A stretch of DNA of 64,000 bases from Candidatus Babeliaceae bacterium (lineage in GTDB: Bacteria; Babelota; Babeliae; Babelales; Babelaceae). Below, piece after piece: positions 9,042 through 19,445 of the stretch. The translations under genes and the position numbers were made by a program. Each line of letters starts with the position of its first letter. Within the stretch, counting starts at the first letter, position 1. The stretch is from contig JAFFZZ010000069.1 in assembly GCA_016933915.1 (NCBI GenBank), forward strand, positions 71 through 64,070, read 5' to 3'. The notes below the pieces were generated by a model. The model saw only the letters and a program-made list of their open reading frames with translations. It searched no databases and was not told the origin of the DNA.

Positions 9042-10988
9042 ATGCGCAAAAAGTTTTATGTGACCACACCAATCTATTATGTTAATGCACGACCGCATCT
9101 CGGTTCGCTTTACACCACGGTTCTTGCTGACGTTTTAGCTCGTTGGCAACGTATGTGTGGCAAAGAAGTATTTTTTTTGACTGGTACTGATGAGCATGGT
9201 CAAAAGGTTGCTGAAGCTGCTTCGGAGATGCGCATGGATCCGAAAGCTTTTGTTGACACACTGGTCCCAGCATTTAAAAATTTATGGGAGTTGTATACTA
9301 TCTCCTATAGCCATTTTGTGCGAACGACTGATCCTGAACATATCCGTGCGGTGGAGCGTTGGCTTCTGCTCATGATGGAGAAAGGCGATGTCTATAAAGC
9401 CCTTTACGAAGGATGGTACGATACCTCACAAGAAGCATTTTTAACCGAAAAAGATCTGCAATTTGATAAGGAAAATGAGCCGCCCGTGTCCCTTCTTTCT
9501 GGGCGTCGAGCACGTTGGGTGACTGATAGTTGTTATTTTTTTAAATTGTCTGTTTACCAAGAGCGACTGCTTGCGTTTTATCGCGACAATCCTCACTTTG
9601 TAACGCCGGCGGAGCGTTTGCAAGAAGTTATTTCGTTTGTTGAGTCTGGGTTGAAAGATATTTGTATCTCTCGTTCGCGGGAGCAGGTGTCATGGGGTAT
9701 TCCTTTCCCTGGCGATGAGGGTCAGGTGACCTATGTTTGGGCCGATGCACTTAATAACTATCTCTCCGCAATTGGGTGGGGCGATGAGAAAAAGCGCAAA
9801 GAATTTGAGTTTTGGTGGCCAGCCGATATGCAGTTAATGGCCAAGGATATTTTCCGCTTTCATGCCATTTTTTGGCCTGCATTTTTAATGGCAACGGATC
9901 TTGAGATGCCGAAAAAATTGCTGGTGCATGGTTGGATTACTGTCGATGGTCAAAAGATGTCGAAGTCGTTGGGAAATGTTGTAGATCCGGTTATGCTTGC
10001 CGAGAACTATTCCGTTGATTCAGTACGTTATTACTTGACGCGATATCTTGCTATAACGCAGGATGCGGATTTTAGTCATGCAGACCTTGAGCATCGCATT
10101 AATACTGACCTGGCAAATGATCTTGGTAATTTGCTCAATAGGATGCTCGTTTTAGCAGAGAAGAATGATTGTATGACGATACAGCCGGTTGCCGAATGGG
10201 GTGCGGCTGAACAGTCTTTGCAGGCAATGGCGCGCGAAATAATCGGTGTTGTTGGTGCGCAACTTGAGCGAGGATTTTTCCATCTTGCGTATGGAGAAGT
10301 CAACCGTTTGGTGAGTGCCATTAATAGTTATTTTCACGGGCAGGAACCGTGGAAAAAAGCGGCTACTGATCGTTCTCGTTTTGAGCAGATTATTGCGGCG
10401 ACATGCGGCGCTTTAGCTACAGTAGGGGCGCTGTTCTGGCCGGTAATGCCGATGACCATGGAGAAGATGGGGGCAGCGCTGGGTATTTCACTCGATGCCA
10501 CTATTGGGTCTGCGTTGTTTGAAGAAAAACTTTGGCGTCGAACGTTTAATTTGACGCGTATAGAACCTCTTTTTGCGAAGATTGAACAAAAAACTTCTGC
10601 GGAGAAAAAGTGTATGGAAGTTGCAAAAGAGGCTATTGTTGCCGAAGAAAAAGAGCGCAGTGAAATTACCATAGATGATTTTGTGCGTGTTGAATTGAAG
10701 GTGGGAACCATCATGCAGGTTGAAGATCTTCCTCGCGCTGAAAAGATTTATAAGATGACGGTTGATTTTGGTGACGGAGACGTTCGCATTATTTGCGCGG
10801 GTATTAAAAAACAGTGCAAGTCTACTGATCTTGAAGGCCGCAAAGCTGTTTTCGTTGCTAATTTAAAGCCGCGTCAGCTGATGGGGATTATGTCGCACGG
10901 GATGCTTCTGACGGCGGCAGACAGTGAAGGTAAACCGTTGCCCGTGATGGTTGATGAATCGGTACCAAATGGAACGCGCCTCAAGTAA
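9042..10988 (+). CDS. metG: Methionine--tRNA ligase with C-terminal tRNA-binding (Trbp111/EMAP-like) domain
   Basis: N-terminus TTPIYYVNARPHLGSLYT (HIGH-type motif), KMSKSLGNVVDP, and the C-terminal segment VELKVGTIMQVEDLPRAEKIYKMTVDFG. Confidence 0.95.
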   Translation: MRKKFYVTTPIYYVNARPHLGSLYTTVLADVLARWQRMCGKEVFFLTGTDEHGQKVAEAASEMRMDPKAFVDTLVPAFKNLWELYTISYSHFVRTTDPEHIRAVERWLLLMMEKGDVYKALYEGWYDTSQEAFLTEKDLQFDKENEPPVSLLSGRRARWVTDSCYFFKLSVYQERLLAFYRDNPHFVTPAERLQEVISFVESGLKDICISRSREQVSWGIPFPGDEGQVTYVWADALNNYLSAIGWGDEKKRKEFEFWWPADMQLMAKDIFRFHAIFWPAFLMATDLEMPKKLLVHGWITVDGQKMSKSLGNVVDPVMLAENYSVDSVRYYLTRYLAITQDADFSHADLEHRINTDLANDLGNLLNRMLVLAEKNDCMTIQPVAEWGAAEQSLQAMAREIIGVVGAQLERGFFHLAYGEVNRLVSAINSYFHGQEPWKKAATDRSRFEQIIAATCGALATVGALFWPVMPMTMEKMGAALGISLDATIGSALFEEKLWRRTFNLTRIEPLFAKIEQKTSAEKKCMEVAKEAIVAEEKERSEITIDDFVRVELKVGTIMQVEDLPRAEKIYKMTVDFGDGDVRIICAGIKKQCKSTDLEGRKAVFVANLKPRQLMGIMSHGMLLTAADSEGKPLPVMVDESVPNGTRLK

Positions 10989-11025
10989 TTGAGGCGCGAA
11001 AGTAACAGATGATTTTGGGGTGTGT

Positions 11026-14000
11026 TTACACTTTTTTGTATAGTTCATAAAGTGAACAAACTGACATATCGACACCTTTTGCAGTAGTTTCTTCATTAAG
11101 TTCTGTAGGAAAAAGTCGGAATAGTACCCCGTACCCCATCCCAGAGTTTTCGTAGAAGAACTGTTTTTTATAATCTGCTTCGCTTGGAAAGAAGATAAGT
11201 CCGGGTCGAGGGAGCTTGTCGTTACTTTCGCGTAACGTTGAGATGTTTTTCTCAATTGTCTGGATGAGGTCATTAACCTCTTTCTTTTTTGTTTGATCTC
11301 GTGAAATGATCGATTTGCCTATTGTTCGGTAATGTGCGATAGCTTTTTCCAGCGTTGGGTTGACCGTATCCTTAATAAATTTGTCTTGGAGCTGAGATAA
11401 TTTACTGCTTTGTATGCTCAATGGGTAACCATTTTGTTTCATCTCTTTGTTGATAATCTTAAACGTCTTTTGCCATAGATTTTCGAGCTTTGCATATGAT
11501 TCTTTGAGACGGTTAATTCGCGCACCATCATCTTTAAATCGTTTGGCATCTTTTTTAATTGCGAGGCAATAGTTGTATAGGGTTCCTTTGAGTGAAGTGA
11601 GTCTATTTTTGATCTCCTTATCTTCGGTTGAGCCGGGCCAGACGTAGCGGAGTTGTGTGATGCAGAAACAACCAATAAATCCTAATGTATCACCCGCTGC
11701 TTCGATAAACTGGTTAGCAATGCTTACGCCAACTTCTTTTTTAATAGTATCTTGCGATGGAGCTTTCGTTATTTGTTTTAGAAGTTTTATGCCGTCTTTT
11801 TTTACGATGTTAGCAAGTTCTTTTTCTGCATTAGTGAGGAAATTTTCGAATATTTTTTTTATCTTAGAATGGAAAGCAGCCCGTTCATCTGTCGGATAGA
11901 CACCGTTCTCCTCTTTAAGAAGTAGTGTTATTGAAATGGGGGTAAAGTAGCGGGGTTGTTTGCCGAGGATTTTGCGTGCATATTCCCATCGCGCCTGAGA
12001 GTCTTTTTTTTGTAATGTTTCAATATGCGTAATGAGATTTTTTATGCAAGAAATATCTTTATGCTTTTGGCATAATGTGTACAATTTATCAAGCTCTCGA
12101 TCAAGGAGTTTGACTGCTTGGTTTTTTTGGTTTGTATCATTATGTTCTTCACCTTCAACATCAATGACTTCATATTCGCCCAACGGATTGTTTGGGTCAA
12201 TAACTTTTATGGTTTCTTTGTATTGTCCTTTGGAAAATAACCCAGCGAGATGCGTGACCCGTTGTAGTTGGCGATAGATAGCATTTGTTTCTTTGTCAAA
12301 GAATAGAAGCGTGTGTTCAATTTTTTCTGGTGTAATGATAATTTCATTACCAACGCGGAGATAAAGCTGATCAAAATCTGCTTCTAGTTTTTTAATAAAA
12401 GCGAGACATTTGTTAAAGTTTTCAGAATTTAATGAGGCCCTGTTTGTAAGAAGCCAAGAGACAGCCGCTTGGTACATGGCGTTGATACTTTCTTGAGCAT
12501 AGTCCTTCTTTCCAGGGAAGAGCTTATTGAATTCGTCCTTTATATCTACTGGCACGTGCTCTTTGTTGTTGTATGAAGAATCGTCCTCACTTTCAGTGAC
12601 GCCTACTTTTGCACCTAGTCGCCAAAATTTTGATTCCACGGCATGCCACAAATGTTGCGGTGTATCTTTAACTTGGCATCCTTTTCGTTCGAATTTAAAC
12701 CACGTTTCACCGGTTCCAGGGTTGACGTACCCGAGTATATGTTCAAATTTACCGAGGATATTTTCGGTAAATCCGGTACGCGACGGTTTGATGTCGATAC
12801 CAAAACTTTGCGGCAGATTTTTTGTGTGTGTGCTGGCGCGCCAATAAGCATATTTGTTGCTGGCGAACCAATGTTTTGCTTTAGGATCTCCTAGCTCAAG
12901 CCCACTGGCGGCGATAAGGTCGAGATAGCAGGTGAGTAACTTGCCGAATAATGGATCGGTCACGTGGAAAGTGCCCTCTCTGAAGGCGCATTCTTTAATT
13001 TTCCCATCCTCTGTTTGACGTTGTTGAGTTGAGCAGAAGTAGTAGAACATGCCGATATCGCAAATTTCTCGTAATAATGCTTGGCGAGTGCTTTCAAGTT
13101 CATCTTTATCAAGCAGTTTTTTCTCTATGCTTTGTTTGATGAGTCTTTGTGCATTGCTATAGGTCGATTGATATGTTTTTTTATCTGTTGACCGCCATCC
13201 TGCTAAAATCTGACTTTTTGCCTCTTCTGACACATTTTGGGTTTTTTCTGGTGTGACGTATTTAGGATCAAAACTTGCCAAAAGAATATCGTTTATTCTT
13301 CCTTCTATGGTACGAGTGCTTTCGCTTTCATCATCTGTTTCATCGACGTGGATGATCATTTTTTTCTTGCCAACTGTTTTCTGATCATGTAGCTGGCGGC
13401 CAGAAGATAGATTTACCAGTTTGTCTTTCAAGAGATCGTTGGCATATTGTAACTTTTGCTGCCGATTTCCTCTTAACTCAAGGGAAAAAGTTAATTTTCC
13501 TGTTTCTGGATCTTGTAAGAAACGTATAGTTTTTAGATTCTTGCCGATCTTTTCATCTATGTTGATTTCTAGGTGAATCTTCTCGTTGGATGCATGAGGA
13601 TCGGTGATTAAAGTAATATAACTGCGGAGCAGTTTTTCTAAAGTGTGGTCATTTAAAAAGCCTTTCACTAGCCCTTTATTTGAAACTTGAAGTGACTCCG
13701 GTGCAACGTTCCCATTACCGATTTGTTGCAATCTAAATTGTTCTGTTTTTATGTTTGATAGGGTAATTTTGATAATCGTGTAGAGAAGATCTTTTTCAAT
13801 AGACGCATATGTTTGGTTATCGATTTTTATTTTGTGTTCAATGAGTTGCTTGACGCGCTCTGATAACAGAGTTGCTTTTGCATACAGCTCATTATTTTTC
13901 CATCCAAGTGGGGAAAATTCTTGCTCAACAATAGATTGTTTATTACTTTTTTTTTCAGGAATTATGTTGGGAATGTTTTCTTTGGTATCTTCATCGTTTG

Positions 14001-14343
14001 AGTCGTCATTCCTACTTATTACCGCACAGTTTATTTCTTTGTTTATGCCCTTATCATCTTGTTCATTTAAAGGAGCAGTCCAAATATTGGTGTAATACTG
14101 ATAGGCGAGCAGACTGCCAATTCCAAGCGCAAGGGTGAAAAAGGTAGCACTTGAATATGGGTGTTGATGAAGAAATCCTTTAAATTTTCCTACATTGCTT
14201 ATCTGTGCTGAAATGTTGTTGAGTGGTTGATTTTTAACAAAGGTAACCGAAGTTTGGTTATGCGCAGAAACGGGTGCGGCAACAAAGCTACAGATTATGA
14301 GTAAAGAGATGGTGCGGTAAAAGATTGGTATGGTCTTTTTCAT
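11026..14343 (-). CDS. Large secreted/membrane-anchored protein, orphan family (paralog of 14460-16217)
   Basis: The track ORF starts at a GTG (14361). I prefer the ATG at 14343, which follows the SD AGGGGGA. Signal peptide MKKTIPIFYRTISLLIICSFVAAPVSA, then a second hydrophobic segment after an HPY motif. A ~400-aa core is shared with the neighbouring gene (FYYFCST, EGTFH, HWF-SN-YAYWRASTH, LGKFEH, GETW-K-ERKGC, GNE-IITPEK). Confidence 0.8.
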   Translation of the reverse strand: MKKTIPIFYRTISLLIICSFVAAPVSAHNQTSVTFVKNQPLNNISAQISNVGKFKGFLHQHPYSSATFFTLALGIGSLLAYQYYTNIWTAPLNEQDDKGINKEINCAVISRNDDSNDEDTKENIPNIIPEKKSNKQSIVEQEFSPLGWKNNELYAKATLLSERVKQLIEHKIKIDNQTYASIEKDLLYTIIKITLSNIKTEQFRLQQIGNGNVAPESLQVSNKGLVKGFLNDHTLEKLLRSYITLITDPHASNEKIHLEINIDEKIGKNLKTIRFLQDPETGKLTFSLELRGNRQQKLQYANDLLKDKLVNLSSGRQLHDQKTVGKKKMIIHVDETDDESESTRTIEGRINDILLASFDPKYVTPEKTQNVSEEAKSQILAGWRSTDKKTYQSTYSNAQRLIKQSIEKKLLDKDELESTRQALLREICDIGMFYYFCSTQQRQTEDGKIKECAFREGTFHVTDPLFGKLLTCYLDLIAASGLELGDPKAKHWFASNKYAYWRASTHTKNLPQSFGIDIKPSRTGFTENILGKFEHILGYVNPGTGETWFKFERKGCQVKDTPQHLWHAVESKFWRLGAKVGVTESEDDSSYNNKEHVPVDIKDEFNKLFPGKKDYAQESINAMYQAAVSWLLTNRASLNSENFNKCLAFIKKLEADFDQLYLRVGNEIIITPEKIEHTLLFFDKETNAIYRQLQRVTHLAGLFSKGQYKETIKVIDPNNPLGEYEVIDVEGEEHNDTNQKNQAVKLLDRELDKLYTLCQKHKDISCIKNLITHIETLQKKDSQARWEYARKILGKQPRYFTPISITLLLKEENGVYPTDERAAFHSKIKKIFENFLTNAEKELANIVKKDGIKLLKQITKAPSQDTIKKEVGVSIANQFIEAAGDTLGFIGCFCITQLRYVWPGSTEDKEIKNRLTSLKGTLYNYCLAIKKDAKRFKDDGARINRLKESYAKLENLWQKTFKIINKEMKQNGYPLSIQSSKLSQLQDKFIKDTVNPTLEKAIAHYRTIGKSIISRDQTKKKEVNDLIQTIEKNISTLRESNDKLPRPGLIFFPSEADYKKQFFYENSGMGYGVLFRLFPTELNEETTAKGVDMSVCSLYELYKKV

Positions 14344-14414
14344 GTTTCCCCCTAAAGGCACGTTTTTTATTTTTTAAATTTTTTCAAAAATCACTGACAG
14401 TTCGGGCTCCTTTT

Positions 14415-14442
14415 ATTATGCCAGAGTTTTTCTGCTTGTCAA
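14415..14442 (-). promoter_or_regulatory. Sigma70-type promoter for 11026-14343
   Basis: On the minus strand: TTGACA (14442-14437), a 16-nt spacer, then CATAAT (14420-14415). This lies ~70 nt upstream of the ATG. Confidence 0.5.
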
Positions 14443-14459
14443 TATCGCGCCTATCACAC

Positions 14460-16217
14460 TTATTTCTTTGCGCGCAAAGCTGATGCAGACGTGAAATTTA
14501 TGGTTTGGTGGGCAAATAAATTGTGGGAGTTTTCCCAGTATGTTGGTTTTTGAAGCCGTAATGCGACGCATTCATTAATAATTTTTTGAAGAGTTTTGCC
14601 GTTTGCTGCTTTATTTTCGCCGTTATTTTTGGTGCAGGTACATGTTTCTTGTATTTTCTCCAGCTCACCATCCATTAGTCTGACCGCTTCTGCATATAAT
14701 TGTTCTTCACTTTTGTCTGAGTTCGTGTTGTTTTGATGGTGTGGGTTGAGCTGCTGAATAATAATGCTATATTTCCCCAGTTTTAATAATTTCATCTGCA
14801 AAAAAAGTTGTCTTAGGTGCTGGTGCAGAGGGTGTGTTTTATTATCGAAATAGAGCAGCTCTCGCTCGAGTTTTTCGGGGGTAATAATGACTTCATTCCC
14901 TGTGCGAATTGAGATGTAATCATAGAGGATTTCAATAAGAACCGCAAAATCAAGGCGTTGGGTAAAGGGTGGGGTGCTTATGAGATTTCTTTTTTCACGG
15001 AGCCAGCGAATTGTATGGGCGTAGATATTGCCGATTTTTGTCCCTGATTTTTGATCGGGAAAAAGTGCTGTGAACTCGCGAGCGAGAAAATAAGGAACGA
15101 GTTCTTCGTTTTGCTCGGGAAGATCATCTCGGTTGTCTACGATTTCGAATTTCGTTGCAACGAAACGCCAGGTTGCCGCTTGTACAGCATGCTTAAAATG
15201 AATAATGGCGTTTTTTATACCGTAGCAGCCTTTGCGTTCAAGCTTAAGCCATGTTTCGCCGGTGTCAGGGTTGACGTAACAGAGTAAATGTTCGAATTTG
15301 CCGAGGAGCGGGGCATCAAAACCATCACGTTTTGGAGATATTTCGATTCCGAGTCCCTGCGGGAACTCTTTATGCGTGCTGGCGCGCCAGTATGCATACT
15401 CATTACTTCCAAACCAGTGGTTGCCGTTGGGTTTGCCGAGTTGGTGGCCATATGCTTCGATAAGTTGTTGATAGCAGGTAATGAGTTTCCCAAAAGATGG
15501 TTCAGTAATATGGAAGGTTCCCTCAACAAAACCGAGTTCTTTGATAATGGTGATTCCGCTCCGGTCTTTTATAACGCGTGGTGCGGTTGAGCAAAAATAG
15601 TAGAAGAGTGTTATTTTGCAGATAATCTGTAAAAGCGTTTTTCTTGTTTCTTCTCTTTGGTCATCGCTTTTATCGATTGGCTGGTTGTTTTGATGTGCCG
15701 CTATAATTTTTTGAGCGTCATGATACGATTTAAACAGCTTGCTTTCTAGATTATTTTCCAGCATCGCTTGTATGAATTTTGCTCCATCATTGAGAAGGCT
15801 TTGTGACTCTGTCCCGACAAGGTCAACACTACTTGGTGAGGAGACGTAATTTTCATCAAGACTCTGACGAAGGATAGAGCCAATTTTTTGCCAGATAGGG
15901 GTTGCTTCGGATCGTTGTTGATTTGTATTGCTGAAAAAAATGTGCGGATTCTTTTGGATCGTAAGTTGATGCGGTTCTGTACGCCACCAACAGAGCTTTG
16001 AGAGGATGTTTGGCTTTACGAGTAAAAGTGCTAAGGCCGAGGTGCTGATGACGCCGTAAGGATGACCCTTAACAAATTTGACAACTTTTGATGAAAACGA
16101 GCCAGAACTTTTTGATTCTTTATGCTCTGTGTTTAAGGGGTAACCCTTTGTTATGCCAGTAAATGCGATAGAAAAGGCATATATGCCATAACACATAAAA
16201 CGGATATGTCTTTTCAT
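14460..16217 (-). CDS. Secreted/membrane-anchored protein, orphan family (shorter paralog of 11026-14343)
   Basis: 585-aa ORF with a hydrophobic N-terminus, the same VKFVKGHPY motif followed by a hydrophobic segment, and a core collinear with its neighbour (LFYYFCST ... ERKGC ... GNEVIITPEKLE). Confidence 0.8.
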   Translation of the reverse strand: MKRHIRFMCYGIYAFSIAFTGITKGYPLNTEHKESKSSGSFSSKVVKFVKGHPYGVISTSALALLLVKPNILSKLCWWRTEPHQLTIQKNPHIFFSNTNQQRSEATPIWQKIGSILRQSLDENYVSSPSSVDLVGTESQSLLNDGAKFIQAMLENNLESKLFKSYHDAQKIIAAHQNNQPIDKSDDQREETRKTLLQIICKITLFYYFCSTAPRVIKDRSGITIIKELGFVEGTFHITEPSFGKLITCYQQLIEAYGHQLGKPNGNHWFGSNEYAYWRASTHKEFPQGLGIEISPKRDGFDAPLLGKFEHLLCYVNPDTGETWLKLERKGCYGIKNAIIHFKHAVQAATWRFVATKFEIVDNRDDLPEQNEELVPYFLAREFTALFPDQKSGTKIGNIYAHTIRWLREKRNLISTPPFTQRLDFAVLIEILYDYISIRTGNEVIITPEKLERELLYFDNKTHPLHQHLRQLFLQMKLLKLGKYSIIIQQLNPHHQNNTNSDKSEEQLYAEAVRLMDGELEKIQETCTCTKNNGENKAANGKTLQKIINECVALRLQKPTYWENSHNLFAHQTINFTSASALRAKK

Positions 16218-16327
16218 ATTTTTTTGACCTGTTTTTTATACAAAATTTCAGGCTATTTAATAAAAACCTAGATATAGGATCTCACAAAACGGTTGTTTTG
16301 TCAATTTGGGCTGACGAAAAGTGCCGG

Positions 16328-18574
16328 TTATTCGCTATCTTTTTGTCTGTAACCGCATTCCTTTGAAGCACAGATGAACTCTGTTGTACCCGATCGATCC
16401 GTTTTTTTCAATAGGTACGGTGCTTTGCATTTTGGACAGGTAGTTTCAACGATATCCCCCGGAATGGAAAACTTGCATTTTGGGTATGTAGAACAGCACC
16501 AGAAGACGCGTCCTTTCCAGTTTCGTTTAACCAGTGGGCCTTTGCCACAGGCGGGACACAAAAATGTGGTCTTCTCCTGGTGAATATATTTACATTCAGG
16601 GTAACCAGAGCATGAGATGAATGGTCCGTATCGCCCTACCCGTTTTTGAAGAGGTTTACCACATTGCGGGCATTTTTCTTTAAGAAGTTCAGGTTCTTTC
16701 TTTTCAAGAATTTTTATTGAGCCATCTTCGGTACGTTCAAAATTGGCTGAAAAGGTACATTCTGGGTAACCCTTACAGCCGAGGAAACTTCCTGTTTTAC
16801 CGAATCGAATGACGAGTTTGTGTTTTCCACATGCCGGACAAGTGATATTTGTCTCTTCAGCTTGCTTCTCCCTAGTTATTCCGGCAAAAGCTTTAAGTGC
16901 TTTGGAAAAATCTTTGTAAAATTCGCGCAATACTTTGTCGCGCTCCATTTTTCCTTGCGCAACCTTGTCGAGATCTTCTTCCATATTGGCGGTAAATGAG
17001 ATGTTCATGATGGTTGGTAAGTTTTCATCGAGTAAACGGGTGACGGCCATCCCCAATTCTGTTGGTACAAAGCGCTTTTTGTTATCAAGCGTTGTGTATT
17101 CACGTAATTGAATTGTTTTGAGAATAGTGGCGTAAGTACTTGGGCGACCGATGCCATCTTTTTCCATTTCTTTCACAAGTGAAGCTTCAGTAAATCGTGG
17201 TGGTGGTTGTGTAAAGTGTTGTTTAGGTTCGATTTTCTCAAGTCCGAGAACCATTTTTTCTGTGATGGTACTGGGGAGTGTCGGGGTTCCCTTTTTGTCT
17301 TCATCTTCATCGGCGGCATAGACCTTTAGAAAACCGTCAAAGAGAAGGGTAGAACCGGTGACTTTGAAGAGATACGGACCGCCTTCAATGTTCACTTGTC
17401 GTTGAGCATATTGTGCTGCCTTCATTTGACAGGCAACAAAACGACGCCAAATAAGTTCATAGAGTTTGAATAGTTCTGCGGGGACATATGGCTTTATCTG
17501 GGTGGGTGTGATAGTTACATCCACGGGTCTTATAGCCTCGTGAGCATCTTGTCCTTTTGCAGTGCTATAGACAAGTGATTTTGGCGGGAGATATTCCTTG
17601 CCAAAATGTTTGTCTATATGTTGTCGTAATTGTTTGATGGCGCTTTCTGCTATGCGCAGCGAGTCAGTTCTCATATAGGTGATAAGTGCCGTTGGGTTTG
17701 CATTTCCCAATTCAACACCCTCATATAACTTTTGTGCTACGGTCATTGTTTTTTGTACGGAAAAACCGAGTCGATTGTAGGCCGCTTGCTGCAATGTACT
17801 CGTCATGAATGGGGCAGGTGCTTTTTTCTGCCGTTTTGAATCTTTAATGCCGGTAACAGTGAATTGTTGTGGTTTGATATCATCAACAAATTTTGTAGCG
17901 GTTTTGCTGTCTGGTATGGAGATTTTTTTGCCTTTGAACTGAACAAGTTCAGCATTGAATGGCTTGCCAGCAGCGTCAAATACTCCTTCAATGCTCCAAT
18001 ATTCTTCGGGCTTGAAGCTGCGAATCTCTTCTTCTCGCATGCAGATAAGCTTAAGCGCGACCGATTGAACACGTCCTGCCGATAGACCCTTGGCGATTTT
18101 TCGCCAGAGAACCGGAGAGACCTCATAGCCAACCCACCGATCAAGAATACGACGAGCCTGTTGCGCGGCGACCTTCTGTTCATCAATAACGGTTGGATGT
18201 CGGAGAGCCTCCTCTATGGCAGATTGAGTTATCTCGTTAAAGGTGATGCGGTGAATTATATCGGGATTTTCCACCACCTTTTCAATTTCCTGAGCGACAT
18301 GCCATGCAATAATCTCACCTTCTCGGTCAGGGTCTGGCGCGAGATAAATTTCATTTGCTTGTGAAGCTGCCTTGCAGATGTCGGCAATAACCTTATCTTT
18401 TTTTTCCAAAGGAACGTAGTCAATAACAATAGAGCCATTAATCGTAACCCCTAATTTTTTCTTTGGGAGGTCCTTAATATGGCCCAGTGTCGACATGATG
18501 CGAAACTGTTTGCCGAGAAATTTCCCGATCGTCTTTATTTTCGCCGGAGATTCGACAATGAGGAGTTTTTTCAT
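16328..18574 (-). CDS. topA: DNA topoisomerase I
   Basis: Toprim N-terminus MKKLLIVESPAKIKTIGKFLG, DPDREGE, the active-site region ITYMRTDS, and C-terminal C4 zinc-ribbon repeats (CPACGK...CKGYPEC, CPQCGK...CSGYPEC). Confidence 0.95.
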   Translation of the reverse strand: MKKLLIVESPAKIKTIGKFLGKQFRIMSTLGHIKDLPKKKLGVTINGSIVIDYVPLEKKDKVIADICKAASQANEIYLAPDPDREGEIIAWHVAQEIEKVVENPDIIHRITFNEITQSAIEEALRHPTVIDEQKVAAQQARRILDRWVGYEVSPVLWRKIAKGLSAGRVQSVALKLICMREEEIRSFKPEEYWSIEGVFDAAGKPFNAELVQFKGKKISIPDSKTATKFVDDIKPQQFTVTGIKDSKRQKKAPAPFMTSTLQQAAYNRLGFSVQKTMTVAQKLYEGVELGNANPTALITYMRTDSLRIAESAIKQLRQHIDKHFGKEYLPPKSLVYSTAKGQDAHEAIRPVDVTITPTQIKPYVPAELFKLYELIWRRFVACQMKAAQYAQRQVNIEGGPYLFKVTGSTLLFDGFLKVYAADEDEDKKGTPTLPSTITEKMVLGLEKIEPKQHFTQPPPRFTEASLVKEMEKDGIGRPSTYATILKTIQLREYTTLDNKKRFVPTELGMAVTRLLDENLPTIMNISFTANMEEDLDKVAQGKMERDKVLREFYKDFSKALKAFAGITREKQAEETNITCPACGKHKLVIRFGKTGSFLGCKGYPECTFSANFERTEDGSIKILEKKEPELLKEKCPQCGKPLQKRVGRYGPFISCSGYPECKYIHQEKTTFLCPACGKGPLVKRNWKGRVFWCCSTYPKCKFSIPGDIVETTCPKCKAPYLLKKTDRSGTTEFICASKECGYRQKDSE

Positions 18575-18759
18575 ATCGTTTAATGAGTTAGAGGGTTTAT
18601 CTGTTATCCTTTATTCTCTTTTAGCATAAAGGTTGTATTTTCAAAAAGTCAAATGGTTTTTCCGTTGGCAGTAAGCTATGAGGGATTAGATCACTTAAGA
18701 TATGATAGACTGGCGGCAAAGTGAATTATCTTTTTTATCTTGCTTGAGGAGCGGCGACG

Positions 18760-19443
18760 ATGAATCAACTGTTATCAAGAGTGGTTCGTAACCGAGTTAA
18801 AGCACTTTTTTTAGATCTCTGGAAGGAACGTTGGTTTTATCAGTTTCTTCTTCTTTTCCTTGTAATTAAGCCTTGTTCTTTTACCGGGTACCTCTATCCA
18901 TTTTTTGTTCCTCTGTTGGCTGGTGGATGGCTTTTGGAGGTTGCTGAAGCAGGACGCCCCGCGATCTGGTCTTTCCGAGAAAGGGTTTCTTGGTCGCGTC
19001 GTAGCAGTAAGCAAATTATACTTTGGATTATTCTCAGTGGGATTGGTTTTGTTGCTGGTTGGCCCGTTTTGTTCCATATATTACTGGTACCATTCATTTT
19101 CTTTATCTTCTTTTTTTTAGAAGCGCGTAATGAGTTGAGTGACTACTTTGCTGGGGTCAAATTTTTGACGTTACTGATTATGCCAAGGTCGGCTATTGCC
19201 GGTTGGATACGGTTGACGGTTTTGGGCTGTTGGTTGGTAAGTGCTTTTATTGGATACCAGCTTTTATTTATTGTTGAATCAGTTCTTTATCCATGGTGGG
19301 CACGTCTTGTTTGCGCGGTGGGATCGCTCTCCATTGTTACACCCCTGGTTGTTCTTGCGTGTAGTTTTGTGTATAGTTTCGTTTCTGTCTATTATTATTC
19401 AGCAATTTATGGATTGGCTGCAGGAAGCAATAAGAAGGATTAA
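18760..19443 (+). CDS. Polytopic inner-membrane protein, unknown function
   Basis: 227-aa ORF with ~6 hydrophobic helices and no recognisable motif. Confidence 0.55.
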   Translation: MNQLLSRVVRNRVKALFLDLWKERWFYQFLLLFLVIKPCSFTGYLYPFFVPLLAGGWLLEVAEAGRPAIWSFRERVSWSRRSSKQIILWIILSGIGFVAGWPVLFHILLVPFIFFIFFFLEARNELSDYFAGVKFLTLLIMPRSAIAGWIRLTVLGCWLVSAFIGYQLLFIVESVLYPWWARLVCAVGSLSIVTPLVVLACSFVYSFVSVYYYSAIYGLAAGSNKKD

Positions 19444-19445
19444 GA

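Noticed and set aside
12676-12873. Reading the conserved HW ... C (65-aa spacing) in the 11026-16217 paralogs as a CE-clan (Ulp1/ChlaDub-like) protease triad.
   Set aside because: The spacing is similar, but the oxyanion Gln about six residues before the Cys is absent (WFKFERKGC / WLKLERKGC). No Asp sits on the expected following strand. I cannot support this without a structure search.
12004-13955. A8 (12004-12011) and A9 (13947-13955) coding homopolymers in the large orphan gene, considered as phase-variation switches.
   Set aside because: A T9 tract also occurs inside the essential PBP2 gene (45396-45404). These runs look like a compositional feature of the genome rather than contingency loci.
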